Shown here piece by piece: positions 1-9,344 of a stretch of 64,000 bases of DNA. The stretch comes from Methanomassiliicoccaceae archaeon UBA370 (lineage in GTDB: Archaea > Thermoplasmatota > Thermoplasmata > Methanomassiliicoccales > Methanomethylophilaceae). Each line of letters starts with the position of its first letter. The stretch's first letter is position 1. The notes below the pieces were generated by a model, which worked only from the letters and a program-made list of their open reading frames with translations, was not told the DNA's origin and searched no databases. The translations under genes were made by a program, and so were the position numbers. Location: assembly GCA_002505345.1 (NCBI GenBank), contig DAUY01000016.1, positions 50,374-114,373 on the forward strand, given 5' to 3'.

Positions 1-1225
1 AGTTGACGTAGAACGACATTTCGGGCCTGACATCCTTCCTGTGAACCCTTTCCCTGACCTGCTTCCTCTTGGGGTCGACGCGCTTGGTCGTTCCCGACAG
101 CACGGGCACCTGTCCGATGCTGTTCTTGACCTCGTCGATGCGGGGGTCGTAGGTCCTGTAGATCTGGTACTTTCCGTTGGGGATCTTGAAGGGCACGGTC
201 ACCTTCTTGGTCTCGCTTACCTTGAAACCGCCTATCTTCTCATCGCCCTTGAATATCGAGATCCCGTCCTTCGGGTTGAGGACCTCGCTCAGGTCGGACT
301 GCAGGAAAGAGCGATCGGTTATGTTCGCGCTCCCCAGGAGGTAACCTCTGTTGTCCGGGTACAGCGATTGCACAGGCGAAACGACGCCCCCGAAATATCC
401 GTCGCATATCCCGCGGTTGAATATCGTATGCAGGAGGCCCGCAGTGGGCGCTATGGTCTTGTTGTCTTCGCCCTTCTCTTTCATGGAGTAGACTTTTGAC
501 GCGAGATACGCGTATGCCGGACTTCTCATCCTCCCCTCGATCTTCGCCGATGTTACGCCTATCTCCTTCAGCTTGGGGATGTAATCCAGCCCGTAGATGT
601 CCGCGCAGCTCATCACGTACTCGTCCCTGGACCCCAGCTTGTATTTCTTTCTGCAGGGCTGGGCGCACTGTCCGCGGTTGCCGCTCCTTCCGCCTATCAA
701 ACTGGAGAAAAGGCATCCGCCGGACATGCAGTAGCACATGGCGCCCTGGACGAAGACCTCGGTCTCCACCGGTGAATCCGAGACGATCTTCTTGATCTCC
801 TCGAATGTGAGCTCCCTCGCAAGTATCGCCCGGTCTATCCCGTTGGCCGCGCACCACTCGAGCCCCGCCCTGGAATGTATCCCCATCTGGGTCGAGGCAT
901 GCTTGGGTATGTCTATCTTGCTGAGCTGCTTCAGAAGGCCAAGGTCCTGGATCAGGACGGCGTCCGCCCCGACGTCGGAGAGGAACCTGACGAAGGAGAC
1001 GGCATCTTCCATCTCCGAATCTTTTATCAGGGTGTTTACGGTGATGTAAGCCTTGACACCGCGGTCATGGGCGTACCCCACCGCCCCTTCGATCTGCTGG
1101 TCCGAGAAGTTGTCCGCGAATGCTCTGGCCCCAAATGATTTACCGCCGAGGTATACTGCGTTGCATCCGCCTTTGATCGCGGCGACCAGACCTTCGGGGG
1201 AACCTGCGGGAGCCAATATTTCCAT
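1..1225 (-). CDS. Peptidase U32 family protein, partial (3' end lies beyond window start)
   Basis: Absent from the ORF track because no stop lies inside the window. Minus-strand translation from the ATG at 1225-1223 gives MEILAPAGSPEGLVAAIKGGCNAVYLGGKSFGARAF...EVFVQGAMCYCMSGGCLFSSLIGGRSGNRGQCAQPCRKKY, the U32 Cys-rich signature. The frame stays open to position 1. The short track ORFs between 41 and 1256 are shadow frames of this gene. Confidence 0.9.
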   Translation of the reverse strand, partial: MEILAPAGSPEGLVAAIKGGCNAVYLGGKSFGARAFADNFSDQQIEGAVGYAHDRGVKAYITVNTLIKDSEMEDAVSFVRFLSDVGADAVLIQDLGLLKQLSKIDIPKHASTQMGIHSRAGLEWCAANGIDRAILARELTFEEIKKIVSDSPVETEVFVQGAMCYCMSGGCLFSSLIGGRSGNRGQCAQPCRKKYKLGSRDEYVMSCADIYGLDYIPKLKEIGVTSAKIEGRMRSPAYAYLASKVYSMKEKGEDNKTIAPTAGLLHTIFNRGICDGYFGGVVSPVQSLYPDNRGYLLGSANITDRSFLQSDLSEVLNPKDGISIFKGDEKIGGFKVSETKKVTVPFKIPNGKYQIYRTYDPRIDEVKNSIGQVPVLSGTTKRVDPKRKQVRERVHRKDVRPEMSFYVN

Positions 1226-1331
1226 GGCGGACGCTAGGCAGGCCCATCCTTTATAACTTATGCTTGGGACCTCCGCATAAGGCTAACTGTAATTTCCCGT
1301 CTTAATACCCCTGCCTTCAGGTAGATCCGGC

Positions 1332-1853
1332 ATGGAACGCGGAAGGAAAAAGAAAAGGAACGGAAAAAACGGCGTGGCAGAAGCGAAGATGGACGGGGAC
1401 GTTCTGAGCATCGACTGCCGTGAATGCGGAAATGTACCGGATGCGGGAAGCGATGAATGCATAAGATGCATCGTATCCAAGATCTCGGAGAACGGGTGCG
1501 CCGCCAGGATAAGGCTCAGGACCGGCAGGGATACGGAGATCTCGGGGCCCGCTACGGAGATCCTGTGCGAACTTTCGTTCATCGACAGGTCGGCCTCCTC
1601 CTTGAGCGGCAGGCCGATGCGCAGATGCGGGTCCTGCCGCCATTCTTGCGACAGGATCGTCGGCATAGCTTGGAGCACCTTCCCGACGCCGGATTTCGCC
1701 GGGGCGCGTGGAAAGCTCATGTCATTCAGTCCTTCGAACGGCGTATGCGAGGTTTGCGTTCAGAAAACATACAGGGCGCTGGACCAGGCGGAGCTCTCCA
1801 TTTCCGAGATCTCGAAAAGGGTTTCGGCCATGGTCGACGGCAGGGGGGCATGA
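1332..1853 (+). CDS. Cys-rich hypothetical protein (zinc-ribbon-like CxxC pairs) preceding the pilus-type ATPase
   Basis: 173-aa ORF with CRECG-x10-CIRC, CGSCRHSC and CEVC motifs. Its stop lies 3 nt before the ATPase start, which suggests co-transcription. No family recognised. The start could also be the internal ATG at 1389 (MDGDVLSIDC). Confidence 0.5.
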   Translation: MERGRKKKRNGKNGVAEAKMDGDVLSIDCRECGNVPDAGSDECIRCIVSKISENGCAARIRLRTGRDTEISGPATEILCELSFIDRSASSLSGRPMRRCGSCRHSCDRIVGIAWSTFPTPDFAGARGKLMSFSPSNGVCEVCVQKTYRALDQAELSISEISKRVSAMVDGRGA

Positions 1854-1856
1854 ACG

Positions 1857-3638
1857 ATGCCCGTGATAAGGGGCGAAGATGCGTCCGAACACCCATATAC
1901 GCGGGTAACGGCCTGCGGCCGCGAAACTGAGAAGGAACGTACCGACGGGCCGGTCCCCAGATACGGAGCGCCGGAGAGGCTTGAATCCGACACGACGGGA
2001 TTCGTCTCGGATTTCGGAAGAATGGCATTGTCCAACACGAGGACGAAACCCACATACGCCGACTGTTGGCTCATCGGCTCGGCGGAGGAACTCGACCTGA
2101 TTTCCGAATACCGGCTTCCGGGGGCCGGAGTGACCATAGGGGCCGCCGCGGACGGAGAGACGGAATACAATCTCTCCCCGGACGAGTATGTTTCGGCCGA
2201 CTCTGTGAACGCAGTGGTGTCCGAAGCCATCGAAAGCGTCCGAAGATCTTACAGGGAGAAGGGAGGAAGAATCGACAGGCAGAGCATCCTCAGCGAGGCC
2301 CGGATAAGGATAATGGACCGCTCGGACACCATCGAGGCCGTCTACGGAAGCAACTGCATCGACATCGGCAAGGTCGTCGACGGACTTTGCGAGACCGTAT
2401 ACAGGTACACGGTCGGGCTCGGGATCTTCGACATCCTGCTCTCCGATCCCAGGCTCGAAGACATATTCATCGACGCCCCCTGCGACAGGAACCGCATCCA
2501 TGTGACGATGAACGGCATATCCGGGATCAATTCGAATCTCCGGTGCAGGACCAATCTCATGGTGGACCGCAAGGAGGTCATGAACCTGATAAACGTGCTC
2601 AAAAGGGACAGCGGCCTCCAGTTCTGCGAGTCCGAACCGGTCCTGGAGACCGATATTAAAGGACGTGACGCAAGGGCGACCGTCATTGGCTATCCCATGA
2701 GCCCCAACGGAGATGCCGTATCCATCAGAAAGCATTCGACCAGGCCGTGGACGCTAACGAGGCTCATTGCCAACGGAACGCTGGACCACGAGACTGCGGG
2801 CCTCCTTTCTTTCCTGGTCGACAACCGCTGCACGTTCCTCGTCTGCGGGGCGAGAGGCGCAGGAAAAAGCTCGCTGCTCACGGCGCTGATGTTCGAGTTC
2901 CCCGTTTCACAGAGGATACTGACCATAGAGGACACCCTGGAGCTCCCCGGCGACAAGATGAGGAGGATGGGCTACAAGGTCCAGTCCATGCTGATAAACG
3001 AGAGGATCGAGGGCGACAGCCTTTCCCGTGCCGACGAAGCCCTGCGGGTTTCCCTCAGGATGGGGGAATCGGCCATCGTGTTGGGGGAGGTCAGGGGAGA
3101 GGAGGCCAAGACACTGTATCAGAGCATGAGGGCCGGCCGTGCCGGAAGTTCGATCATGGGGACGATCCATGGCGATTCGGCAAGGTCGGTATACGAACGT
3201 GTCGTCCATGACATGGGTATCGCCCCGGAGGCTTTCATGGCCACCGACTTGCTTCTCACCCTGGGCTCGGTCAGGGACAGGAAGTCTGGGGACCAGAAGA
3301 GGTCTCTCGGTGAGATCGTAGCGACCGGCGGAAGACCGGGAGAGTTCGTCGACATATCCGATGCTGAAGGGCTCTTCTCGTCGCCCGCGATGAGGAGGAT
3401 ATCCTCATCCTGCGGGATGGACAGGAAGGAGATCCTCGACGAGATACGCTCCAGGTCCGGAATGAGGAAAATGCTGGCTGAGGCGGGGTCGCGCGACGAA
3501 AGGTTCCTTGGACCGGAATGGATAAACACGGCCAACGACCACCTGTCCAGGAACTCCGGTAAAAATCCGAAGGCCCTGATAAGCTCCTTCGAAGCAAAGA
3601 TCCGCAGGGCGGAGGGGGTTGGACAGATTGAGAACTGA
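1857..3638 (+). CDS. Archaeal type IV pilus/archaellum-type secretion ATPase (FlaI/PilB/VirB11 superfamily)
   Basis: 593 aa. Walker A is GARGAGKSS. RILTIEDTLEL, GEVRGEEA and the His-box-like IMGTIHGDS are typical of this ATPase family. Confidence 0.9.
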   Translation: MPVIRGEDASEHPYTRVTACGRETEKERTDGPVPRYGAPERLESDTTGFVSDFGRMALSNTRTKPTYADCWLIGSAEELDLISEYRLPGAGVTIGAAADGETEYNLSPDEYVSADSVNAVVSEAIESVRRSYREKGGRIDRQSILSEARIRIMDRSDTIEAVYGSNCIDIGKVVDGLCETVYRYTVGLGIFDILLSDPRLEDIFIDAPCDRNRIHVTMNGISGINSNLRCRTNLMVDRKEVMNLINVLKRDSGLQFCESEPVLETDIKGRDARATVIGYPMSPNGDAVSIRKHSTRPWTLTRLIANGTLDHETAGLLSFLVDNRCTFLVCGARGAGKSSLLTALMFEFPVSQRILTIEDTLELPGDKMRRMGYKVQSMLINERIEGDSLSRADEALRVSLRMGESAIVLGEVRGEEAKTLYQSMRAGRAGSSIMGTIHGDSARSVYERVVHDMGIAPEAFMATDLLLTLGSVRDRKSGDQKRSLGEIVATGGRPGEFVDISDAEGLFSSPAMRRISSSCGMDRKEILDEIRSRSGMRKMLAEAGSRDERFLGPEWINTANDHLSRNSGKNPKALISSFEAKIRRAEGVGQIEN

Positions 3639-5022
3639 GAAAAAGAATCACAGGCCTCTTATCAGAGAGGTGCCCGCCGCAGTCGGGATGATGTCTGTCG
3701 TCATCGAATCCGGAGGGTCTCTGGATTCGGCGGTCAGGGAGGTGGCTTCCAAGGGTCCCGAGAACATAGGGAAAGCATTCTCGGCCATCGTCCATGATGC
3801 CGACGTGAGGGCTTGCCCCGACATTAGGTCCGGATTGAGGTCCGCGACGTCCGCTCTCCCGAAGGAGCTGGCTTTCTTCAGGCGTTCGGTAAATATGCTG
3901 ATGGCGGCCTCGGAGATGTCCCCGGGCCCGGAAAAAACAAGGATCCTGAAAGATGCCTCCGACATATCCATCAACGGCCTTAAGGAGACGGGAGAGGCAT
4001 ATGGCGCCTCTCTTTCCAACCCTTGCATGGTCATCTTCGGCTTGGGGATCATGGTCCCCATGATCCTGATGTCGATACTCCCGATACTTCAGATCGGGGG
4101 GATGTTCGGCGAATCCATCGGCCTCGGCCCGGTCGTCGTTACGACCCTGGTCGCAGTGCCAGCATGCGTCCTCTGCGTGACTATTTCGATAAGAAGAAAG
4201 GACCCTTTCGCCACGGCGAGAGGAGACATGGAATGGGGGCCGATCACACCGTTGATAGCCTCCTTGCCACTTGCGCTTATCGCCTGGAATCTGACCGCGG
4301 ACATCGTCCAGACCTTTGTTTTCTCGACGGTCCCCGCGTGCGCGCTGACCTTGGCCGTGCTGCATCCGTCTCAAAAAAGAGAGCGGAAGCGCGCCGATGT
4401 GGAACGCTTCCTGAAGGATTCGGTATTCGAACTGGGCAACCGCCTGATATCGGGCGATAACTTCGAGAACGCGGCGGCAGGAGCCCTGGAAACGAGGAGC
4501 GAGACCTCACTTGCCGCCGACCTGTTCAAAAAGGAGATGGCCCTCTGCAGGGGGGACGGGCATTCAGCGATAATTTCGGCCCTGGGCGAAGTTTCCCCCG
4601 AGGTCACGGACGCATTCTGCGAGGTTTATGACGCATCGCAGAGGGACATAAGGGAAGCCGGAAGGCTCGCCATTTCCATCGGAAGGCAGATGCAGGACCG
4701 GGAGGCCGTGGAAAAAGGCATATCGAACAAGCTGAAAAGCGTGTTCGACATGATGACCGCCACCGCCGCGGTGTTCGCCCCCATGGTCCTGGGGCTGTCG
4801 GTCGCGATGCTGAGGCCGCTTTCCGAGATATCGGAAGCTGCGGACCTGACAGGAACTTCCGCGGTCACAGCCTTGTACCTGGCGGAACTCTGCGCCCTGA
4901 TGGCGTTCCTGACGGCGGCGCAAAGGGGAGGGTGCGGTGTCAGGAACATCGTGTACAGGTTCTCGATGATGCTGCCTGTTTCGATGGCCGTCTTCTGCGC
5001 CTGCATGTCCTTCGCCCTCTAA
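3619..5022 (+). CDS. FlaJ/TadC/PilC-like polytopic membrane platform protein
   Basis: 467 aa, overlapping the ATPase stop by 20 nt. Hydrophobic helix clusters lie mid-protein and at the C-terminus, separated by soluble helical segments. Gene order is typical of T2SS-F/FlaJ partners. The track start is a TTG at 3619; the ATG at 3688 (MMSVVIESGG) is an alternative. Confidence 0.7.
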   Translation: MDRLRTEKKNHRPLIREVPAAVGMMSVVIESGGSLDSAVREVASKGPENIGKAFSAIVHDADVRACPDIRSGLRSATSALPKELAFFRRSVNMLMAASEMSPGPEKTRILKDASDISINGLKETGEAYGASLSNPCMVIFGLGIMVPMILMSILPILQIGGMFGESIGLGPVVVTTLVAVPACVLCVTISIRRKDPFATARGDMEWGPITPLIASLPLALIAWNLTADIVQTFVFSTVPACALTLAVLHPSQKRERKRADVERFLKDSVFELGNRLISGDNFENAAAGALETRSETSLAADLFKKEMALCRGDGHSAIISALGEVSPEVTDAFCEVYDASQRDIREAGRLAISIGRQMQDREAVEKGISNKLKSVFDMMTATAAVFAPMVLGLSVAMLRPLSEISEAADLTGTSAVTALYLAELCALMAFLTAAQRGGCGVRNIVYRFSMMLPVSMAVFCACMSFAL

Positions 5023-5064
5023 AACTCTTAATCGTTTTTTATATCATACCGCAATCGGGTCCCG

Positions 5065-5571
5065 ATGAGGGCAGGAACTCCGGGACTTGCGATATCCGCG
5101 TTTCTTTTTGCGGTTCTGGCACTTATCGTGGCCGTCCCTTTTGCATATCCTACTGGTACTTTCATCGGCCTCGACGGGACCGCGGGGGTGATGGACCACC
5201 GCTGGGGCGGGGGGCAGTTCGTCTATGCGCTGGGAGACATGTTCTGCCACCAGCAGACCGAAAGGAGCTTCATGGTCAACGGTTCACAGACCGCTTTCTG
5301 CGCCAGGGACATCGGCATGATCGCCGGATGCGCTTCCGGCCTCCTATTGACATACCGGTACGCCGGGAAGCATCCCTTCACCGAAAGAAAGACCATGTAC
5401 GCCGGATTCGCACTGATATCTGTCATGGCGGCCGAATGGGCGGCGGGGGCCTTACTCGGTTACGATCTGGATGTCCTCAGGTTCGCCGCGGGCATCATCG
5501 GAGGGGCGGGCATCGCAATGGTGATACAGAACATCGCGTCGGAGCCGTGGAAGGGTGAGGGAGAGAGCTGA
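5065..5571 (+). CDS. DUF2085-like integral membrane protein
   Basis: 168 aa and multi-TM. Contains CHQQTERSF and FCARDIG, resembling the CHQxxxRSF / CARCxG pattern I associate with DUF2085. Confidence 0.6.
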   Translation: MRAGTPGLAISAFLFAVLALIVAVPFAYPTGTFIGLDGTAGVMDHRWGGGQFVYALGDMFCHQQTERSFMVNGSQTAFCARDIGMIAGCASGLLLTYRYAGKHPFTERKTMYAGFALISVMAAEWAAGALLGYDLDVLRFAAGIIGGAGIAMVIQNIASEPWKGEGES

Positions 5572-5682
5572 GGCTCAACGCGGGCCTGTCTGAATTCTCG
5601 ATTTGAGGAGCACGTTTCAATACAGTGCGGCTAAGAACAGGTCTTATCGCTTCTCCCTCGCTGGAATATCGTCTTCGCAGTA

Positions 5683-7920
5683 TTAATCACACTTGGTCCA
5701 TCCGCAGGCCTTGCACACGTTGCATCCGCCCTGGAACTCCAGCTCGGAGCCGCACTTCGGACATGGGTTGATGACCTTCCTCGCCGGTTCGGCAGGGATA
5801 TTCTCCACGCCCTTTACCTCTATCTGCATCTCCTTCCACATGTCCACGAGGGCGTATCCGACCGCCATGGGACAGCACGACCCCTTGCTGGTGTCGTGCT
5901 TGGTGAACGTCCTCACCGTGTACGAAGGGCATGAACCGCAGCTCTTGAGCTGGTCCACGATGGAGTATACGTCGCATCCGCTCCTGGCCGCCAGGGATAT
6001 CATCCTTGAGAGCCCGATCATGAAGTTGTTGCATCCGCCGGTGGAGCCTTTGTTGAGGTATGCTTCCACCATATCGCCGGTCTCCGGGTCGAAGAACGCG
6101 GTGCAATGGAGGCTTCCGCAGCCGGTCATGAGCTTCCTCTTCTTGCCCACGACGTTGTCTCCGACCTCGAGCACGGAGCCGCGCCTCTTCTTCTCTGCCT
6201 CCTCTTCCTCCTTCTGCTTCTTGGCCTTCTCCTCGCTCTCTTTCGGGGTGAGTATGCTGTCGCGCTTACATCCGTCCCTGAACACCGTCACGCCTTTGCA
6301 GCCCATGTCCCAGGCGTAAAGATAAAGGCCTTCGATGTCGGACTCGGGGAAGTCCTTGTGAAGATTGACCGTAGAGCTTATCGAAGCGTCTATGTGCTTC
6401 TGCCAGGTGGCCTGCATGTCGATGCGCTGCCTGTAATCCAAAACCTGGGCGTTTGTGAAGTAGTCAGGCAGTTCGGAATCGTCCTGGTAGCCGTGCTCCT
6501 CCATGAACTCCTTGACCACCGGGGTATATACTTTGTAATATTCGTCCTTGTTCGAAAGGGACACGGTCCTGCGCTCGTAGTAGTTGGCGAATATGGGTTC
6601 TATCCCTCCGGATATCCCAAGCATCGTGGAGAGCGTGCCCGTGGGCGCGATCGTTAGAAGCTGCGAGTTCCTTAGCCCGTGCATCGCCACCAGGTCCCTG
6701 GTCTCCTGAGTGGTGTTTTCCTTGAAATACGGGGAGGATAGGACCTGCTCTATGACGCACTTGGGGAACATGCCGTCTTCGGAGGCCATCAGGGCAGATT
6801 CGCGTATGGCGGTGTCGGCCATTATGAACGCCAGCCTGTCACAGAACTCCACGGCCTCCTCGGACCCGTACCTCAGCCTGAGTTTTATCATCATGTCGGC
6901 AAGGCCCATGATGCCCAGCCCGATCTGCCTCCAGTCCCTGACGGAATCCTTCTGCTCCTGCAGAGGATGGAGCGGGAGCCCCTCGTCCAGGACTTCGTTG
7001 AGGCCTCGGACGCATATGCCGACCGCCTCCTTGAACTCCTCCTCCATGAACAGCCCTTCCTTGATGAAGGCAGCGAGATTTATGCTTCCGAGGAGACAGC
7101 TCCCTCCTGCAGGCAGGGGTTCCTCGGCGCAGGGGTTGGTACCTGCATACGAATAGTCGGGGAACTCGCTGAGAAGATTCCAGTCGGATATGCGGTCCCA
7201 GAACAGACATCCGGGCTCTCCGTAGTCCCAATTGGCGCTGCAGAGCTTTTTGAAGAACGCGTTGGCGTCGATCTCGTTGTTTACCGTCTCTCCGGTCTCC
7301 GGCCTCTTGAATTTCTGAACGTATGTGGCGTTATTCTTGACCGCACGCATGAACTCGTCCGTCATACGTATCGACATGTTGGCCTTGGTGACGCGTTCGA
7401 GGTCCGTCTTCACTCCCATGAACTCCTCCATGTCCGGATGTTCGCAGGATATGGACAGCATGAGGGCGCCGCGGCGGCCGCGCTGTCCGATAAGGCCGGT
7501 GACCATGGAATAAAGGTCTGTGAAGGATACGGACCCGGAGGTCTCCGACGCCGTATTATTGATCTTCGCTCCCCTGGGCGCAAGCTTGGAGAGGTCTATT
7601 CCGGCCCCCCCGCCGTAGCTGAAGGTTCGGGCCAGTTTTCCGGCCGTCTCGAATATTGATTCGATGGAATCCTCGGGAGGGGTCAGCACGTAGCAGTTAG
7701 AATATGTGACCTTGATGCCTGTCTTGTGCAGGCCCCTGTTGGCGAGGATCCTGCCGCCGAAAAGGAACTTTTTCTCCGCTACCATCCTGCGGATGTCCCT
7801 GTTCCCTTCGGAAATGCGGTCCAGCCACATGTCAAAAGATTCTCCGCTGTGACAGTATTTCTTCTGCCAGATGTCGATCCCCAGCTGATTGTCCTTGCCG
7901 AGCCAATCCTCGATTTCCAT
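5683..7920 (-). CDS. nrdJ: Adenosylcobalamin-dependent (class II) ribonucleotide reductase
   Basis: 745 aa. The N-terminus WQKKYCH...RISEGN, the core NPCAEEPLPAGGSCLLGSINL and the C-terminal zinc ribbon CPKCGSELEFQGGCNVCKACGW are typical of archaeal/bacterial NrdJ. Confidence 0.92.
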   Translation of the reverse strand: MEIEDWLGKDNQLGIDIWQKKYCHSGESFDMWLDRISEGNRDIRRMVAEKKFLFGGRILANRGLHKTGIKVTYSNCYVLTPPEDSIESIFETAGKLARTFSYGGGAGIDLSKLAPRGAKINNTASETSGSVSFTDLYSMVTGLIGQRGRRGALMLSISCEHPDMEEFMGVKTDLERVTKANMSIRMTDEFMRAVKNNATYVQKFKRPETGETVNNEIDANAFFKKLCSANWDYGEPGCLFWDRISDWNLLSEFPDYSYAGTNPCAEEPLPAGGSCLLGSINLAAFIKEGLFMEEEFKEAVGICVRGLNEVLDEGLPLHPLQEQKDSVRDWRQIGLGIMGLADMMIKLRLRYGSEEAVEFCDRLAFIMADTAIRESALMASEDGMFPKCVIEQVLSSPYFKENTTQETRDLVAMHGLRNSQLLTIAPTGTLSTMLGISGGIEPIFANYYERRTVSLSNKDEYYKVYTPVVKEFMEEHGYQDDSELPDYFTNAQVLDYRQRIDMQATWQKHIDASISSTVNLHKDFPESDIEGLYLYAWDMGCKGVTVFRDGCKRDSILTPKESEEKAKKQKEEEEAEKKRRGSVLEVGDNVVGKKRKLMTGCGSLHCTAFFDPETGDMVEAYLNKGSTGGCNNFMIGLSRMISLAARSGCDVYSIVDQLKSCGSCPSYTVRTFTKHDTSKGSCCPMAVGYALVDMWKEMQIEVKGVENIPAEPARKVINPCPKCGSELEFQGGCNVCKACGWTKCD

Positions 7921-8068
7921 GTTTCAACTTCTCCGTCCGCGGTGATGCCCTATGGGTTAATATCGATTTGCTAGTGCAACATTTCGAACAAAAATACGCA
8001 AAAAATTGTAACCCGCATAGCGGTAAAATGAAAAGAAAGTGGTTTTTATCAAGGTCCCAGGCACGTAA

Positions 8069-8497
8069 TCATGCGGATTTCGTTTTGAACACGTACTTGT
8101 AAAGCAGACCTGCGATAATCGCTCCCACGAACGGGGCGGCGATGAAAACCCATACCTGCTCGAGGGCTACGGTCACTCCCGCCAATGCGAGGAAGATGGC
8201 GGGTCCGAAGCTCCTTGCAGGGTTTACGGACGTTCCCGTGAGCCCGATTCCCAGAAGGTGGACGGAGGTCAGGCTTCAGCCGACGGCGACAACGATAAAG
8301 TACGACGGGCCGGCACCGATGATCTCTCCGACAAGCTGGAACGCCCGGTATAGGGCCATGGCCTTCGTGTCGATCCTGTCGTCCACGCGCATCGCCGGAG
8401 AAACGGCCGGGCCGATATGGCATCCCGGAATATCTCCGATGCGATATGCCGTCGCCACAATCGCCAGACCGGACGCCGAAGTAGTCTGCGACAGTGG
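8069..8497 (-). pseudogene. Decayed aquaporin (MIP/AqpM-like) gene remnant
   Basis: A single minus-strand frame reads ...SGLAIVATAYRIGDIPGCHIGPAVS...GEIIGAGPSYFIVVAVG*SLTSVHLLGIGLTGTSVNPARSFGPAIF...YKYVFKTKSA. The second NPA box is intact. The first is GPA. An in-frame TGA lies at 8276-8278. About 50 aa are missing between the two boxes and there is no TM1 or start codon. Confidence 0.75.
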
Positions 8498-8625
8498 ATG
8501 ATCTGCGGACCCTGGATTAAATATACGGTTTCGGCAAAAATGAAAACTTATATAATCAACGAAAGTATGGGTGTCACTAAGCCCCGCGAGGCTGATTCTT
8601 ATATTGCAAATCTGAGGTAAAACAA

Positions 8626-9261
8626 ATGGCAGGGGATGAAATTCTTAAGACAGGTACAACCACGATCGGCCTAAAACTGAAGGACGGCGTTATACTGGCC
8701 ACCGATCAGAGGGCGACGATGGGGAACTTGATCGCAAACAGCGATGTTAGGAAGGTATATCCTCTGTCGGACAACATCGGAATGACCATTGCAGGCTCCG
8801 TCGGAGACGCACAGCTGATGGTCAGGTACATGACCGCCGAGATTGCACTATACTCTATGAAGAAAGGCTCCCGAATCTCGGTCAGATCGGCTGCGACCCT
8901 TGTCGCAAACGTGATACGCCAGGGATTCTACCTCGGGCTCATAGTCGGAGGTTACGACACCTCCGGCGGCCACGTATACAGCATCGACGGTGCCGGCGGA
9001 TACCTGGAGGACAGATACATGTCCGTCGGTTCAGGCTCGGTCTTTGCGCTGGGTTCCCTTGAGGCCTCGTTCAAGGACGGCATGACCAAGGATGAAGGCA
9101 TCGATGTGGCGATAACGGCTCTCAACTCCTCGAGGAGAAGGGACACGTTCAGCGGCGATGGCTTTATGATTGCGTACATAGGTAAGGATGGATATCAAGA
9201 GGTCCCGCAGACCGAGATCGTCGAGCGCTGCGAGAAGCTCGGGTTCCGCTACCCGAATTAA
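8626..9261 (+). CDS. psmB: Proteasome subunit beta
   Basis: 211 aa. The propeptide is followed by the catalytic Thr motif KTG/TTTIGLKLKDGVILATDQRAT. Confidence 0.95.
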   Translation: MAGDEILKTGTTTIGLKLKDGVILATDQRATMGNLIANSDVRKVYPLSDNIGMTIAGSVGDAQLMVRYMTAEIALYSMKKGSRISVRSAATLVANVIRQGFYLGLIVGGYDTSGGHVYSIDGAGGYLEDRYMSVGSGSVFALGSLEASFKDGMTKDEGIDVAITALNSSRRRDTFSGDGFMIAYIGKDGYQEVPQTEIVERCEKLGFRYPN

Positions 9262-9305
9262 ACCGATTCCAAAAACCCTTAATTTTTAACAACTTCAATA
9301 TAACA

Positions 9306-9330
9306 GGCGCCGTTGTTTTCTATCGGCGCC
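9306..9330 (+). other. Perfect 7-bp inverted repeat (GGCGCCG-n11-CGGCGCC) between psmB and the aCPSF1 start
   Basis: Read directly: arms at 9306-9312 and 9324-9330, with a T-rich loop TTGTTTTCTAT. It lies 15 nt upstream of the ATG at 9345. Confidence 0.45.
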
Positions 9331-9344
9331 TCGGCAGGATTCAA

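Noticed and set aside
41-1256. Six short ORFs from the track on both strands (41-499, 240-857, 496-795, 738-1049, 875-1138, 1053-1256).
   Set aside because: All are shadow frames of the U32 peptidase gene on the minus strand (1225 to beyond position 1). That gene has a strong family signature, and the track misses it only because it has no stop inside the window.
8276-8278. The in-frame TGA in the aquaporin-like frame as a selenocysteine or read-through codon.
   Set aside because: The same gene also has a mutated NPA box, an internal deletion of about 50 aa and no N-terminus or start. The TGA replaces a hydrophobic helix position, not a redox Cys, and I saw no SECIS-like element. Decay explains everything.
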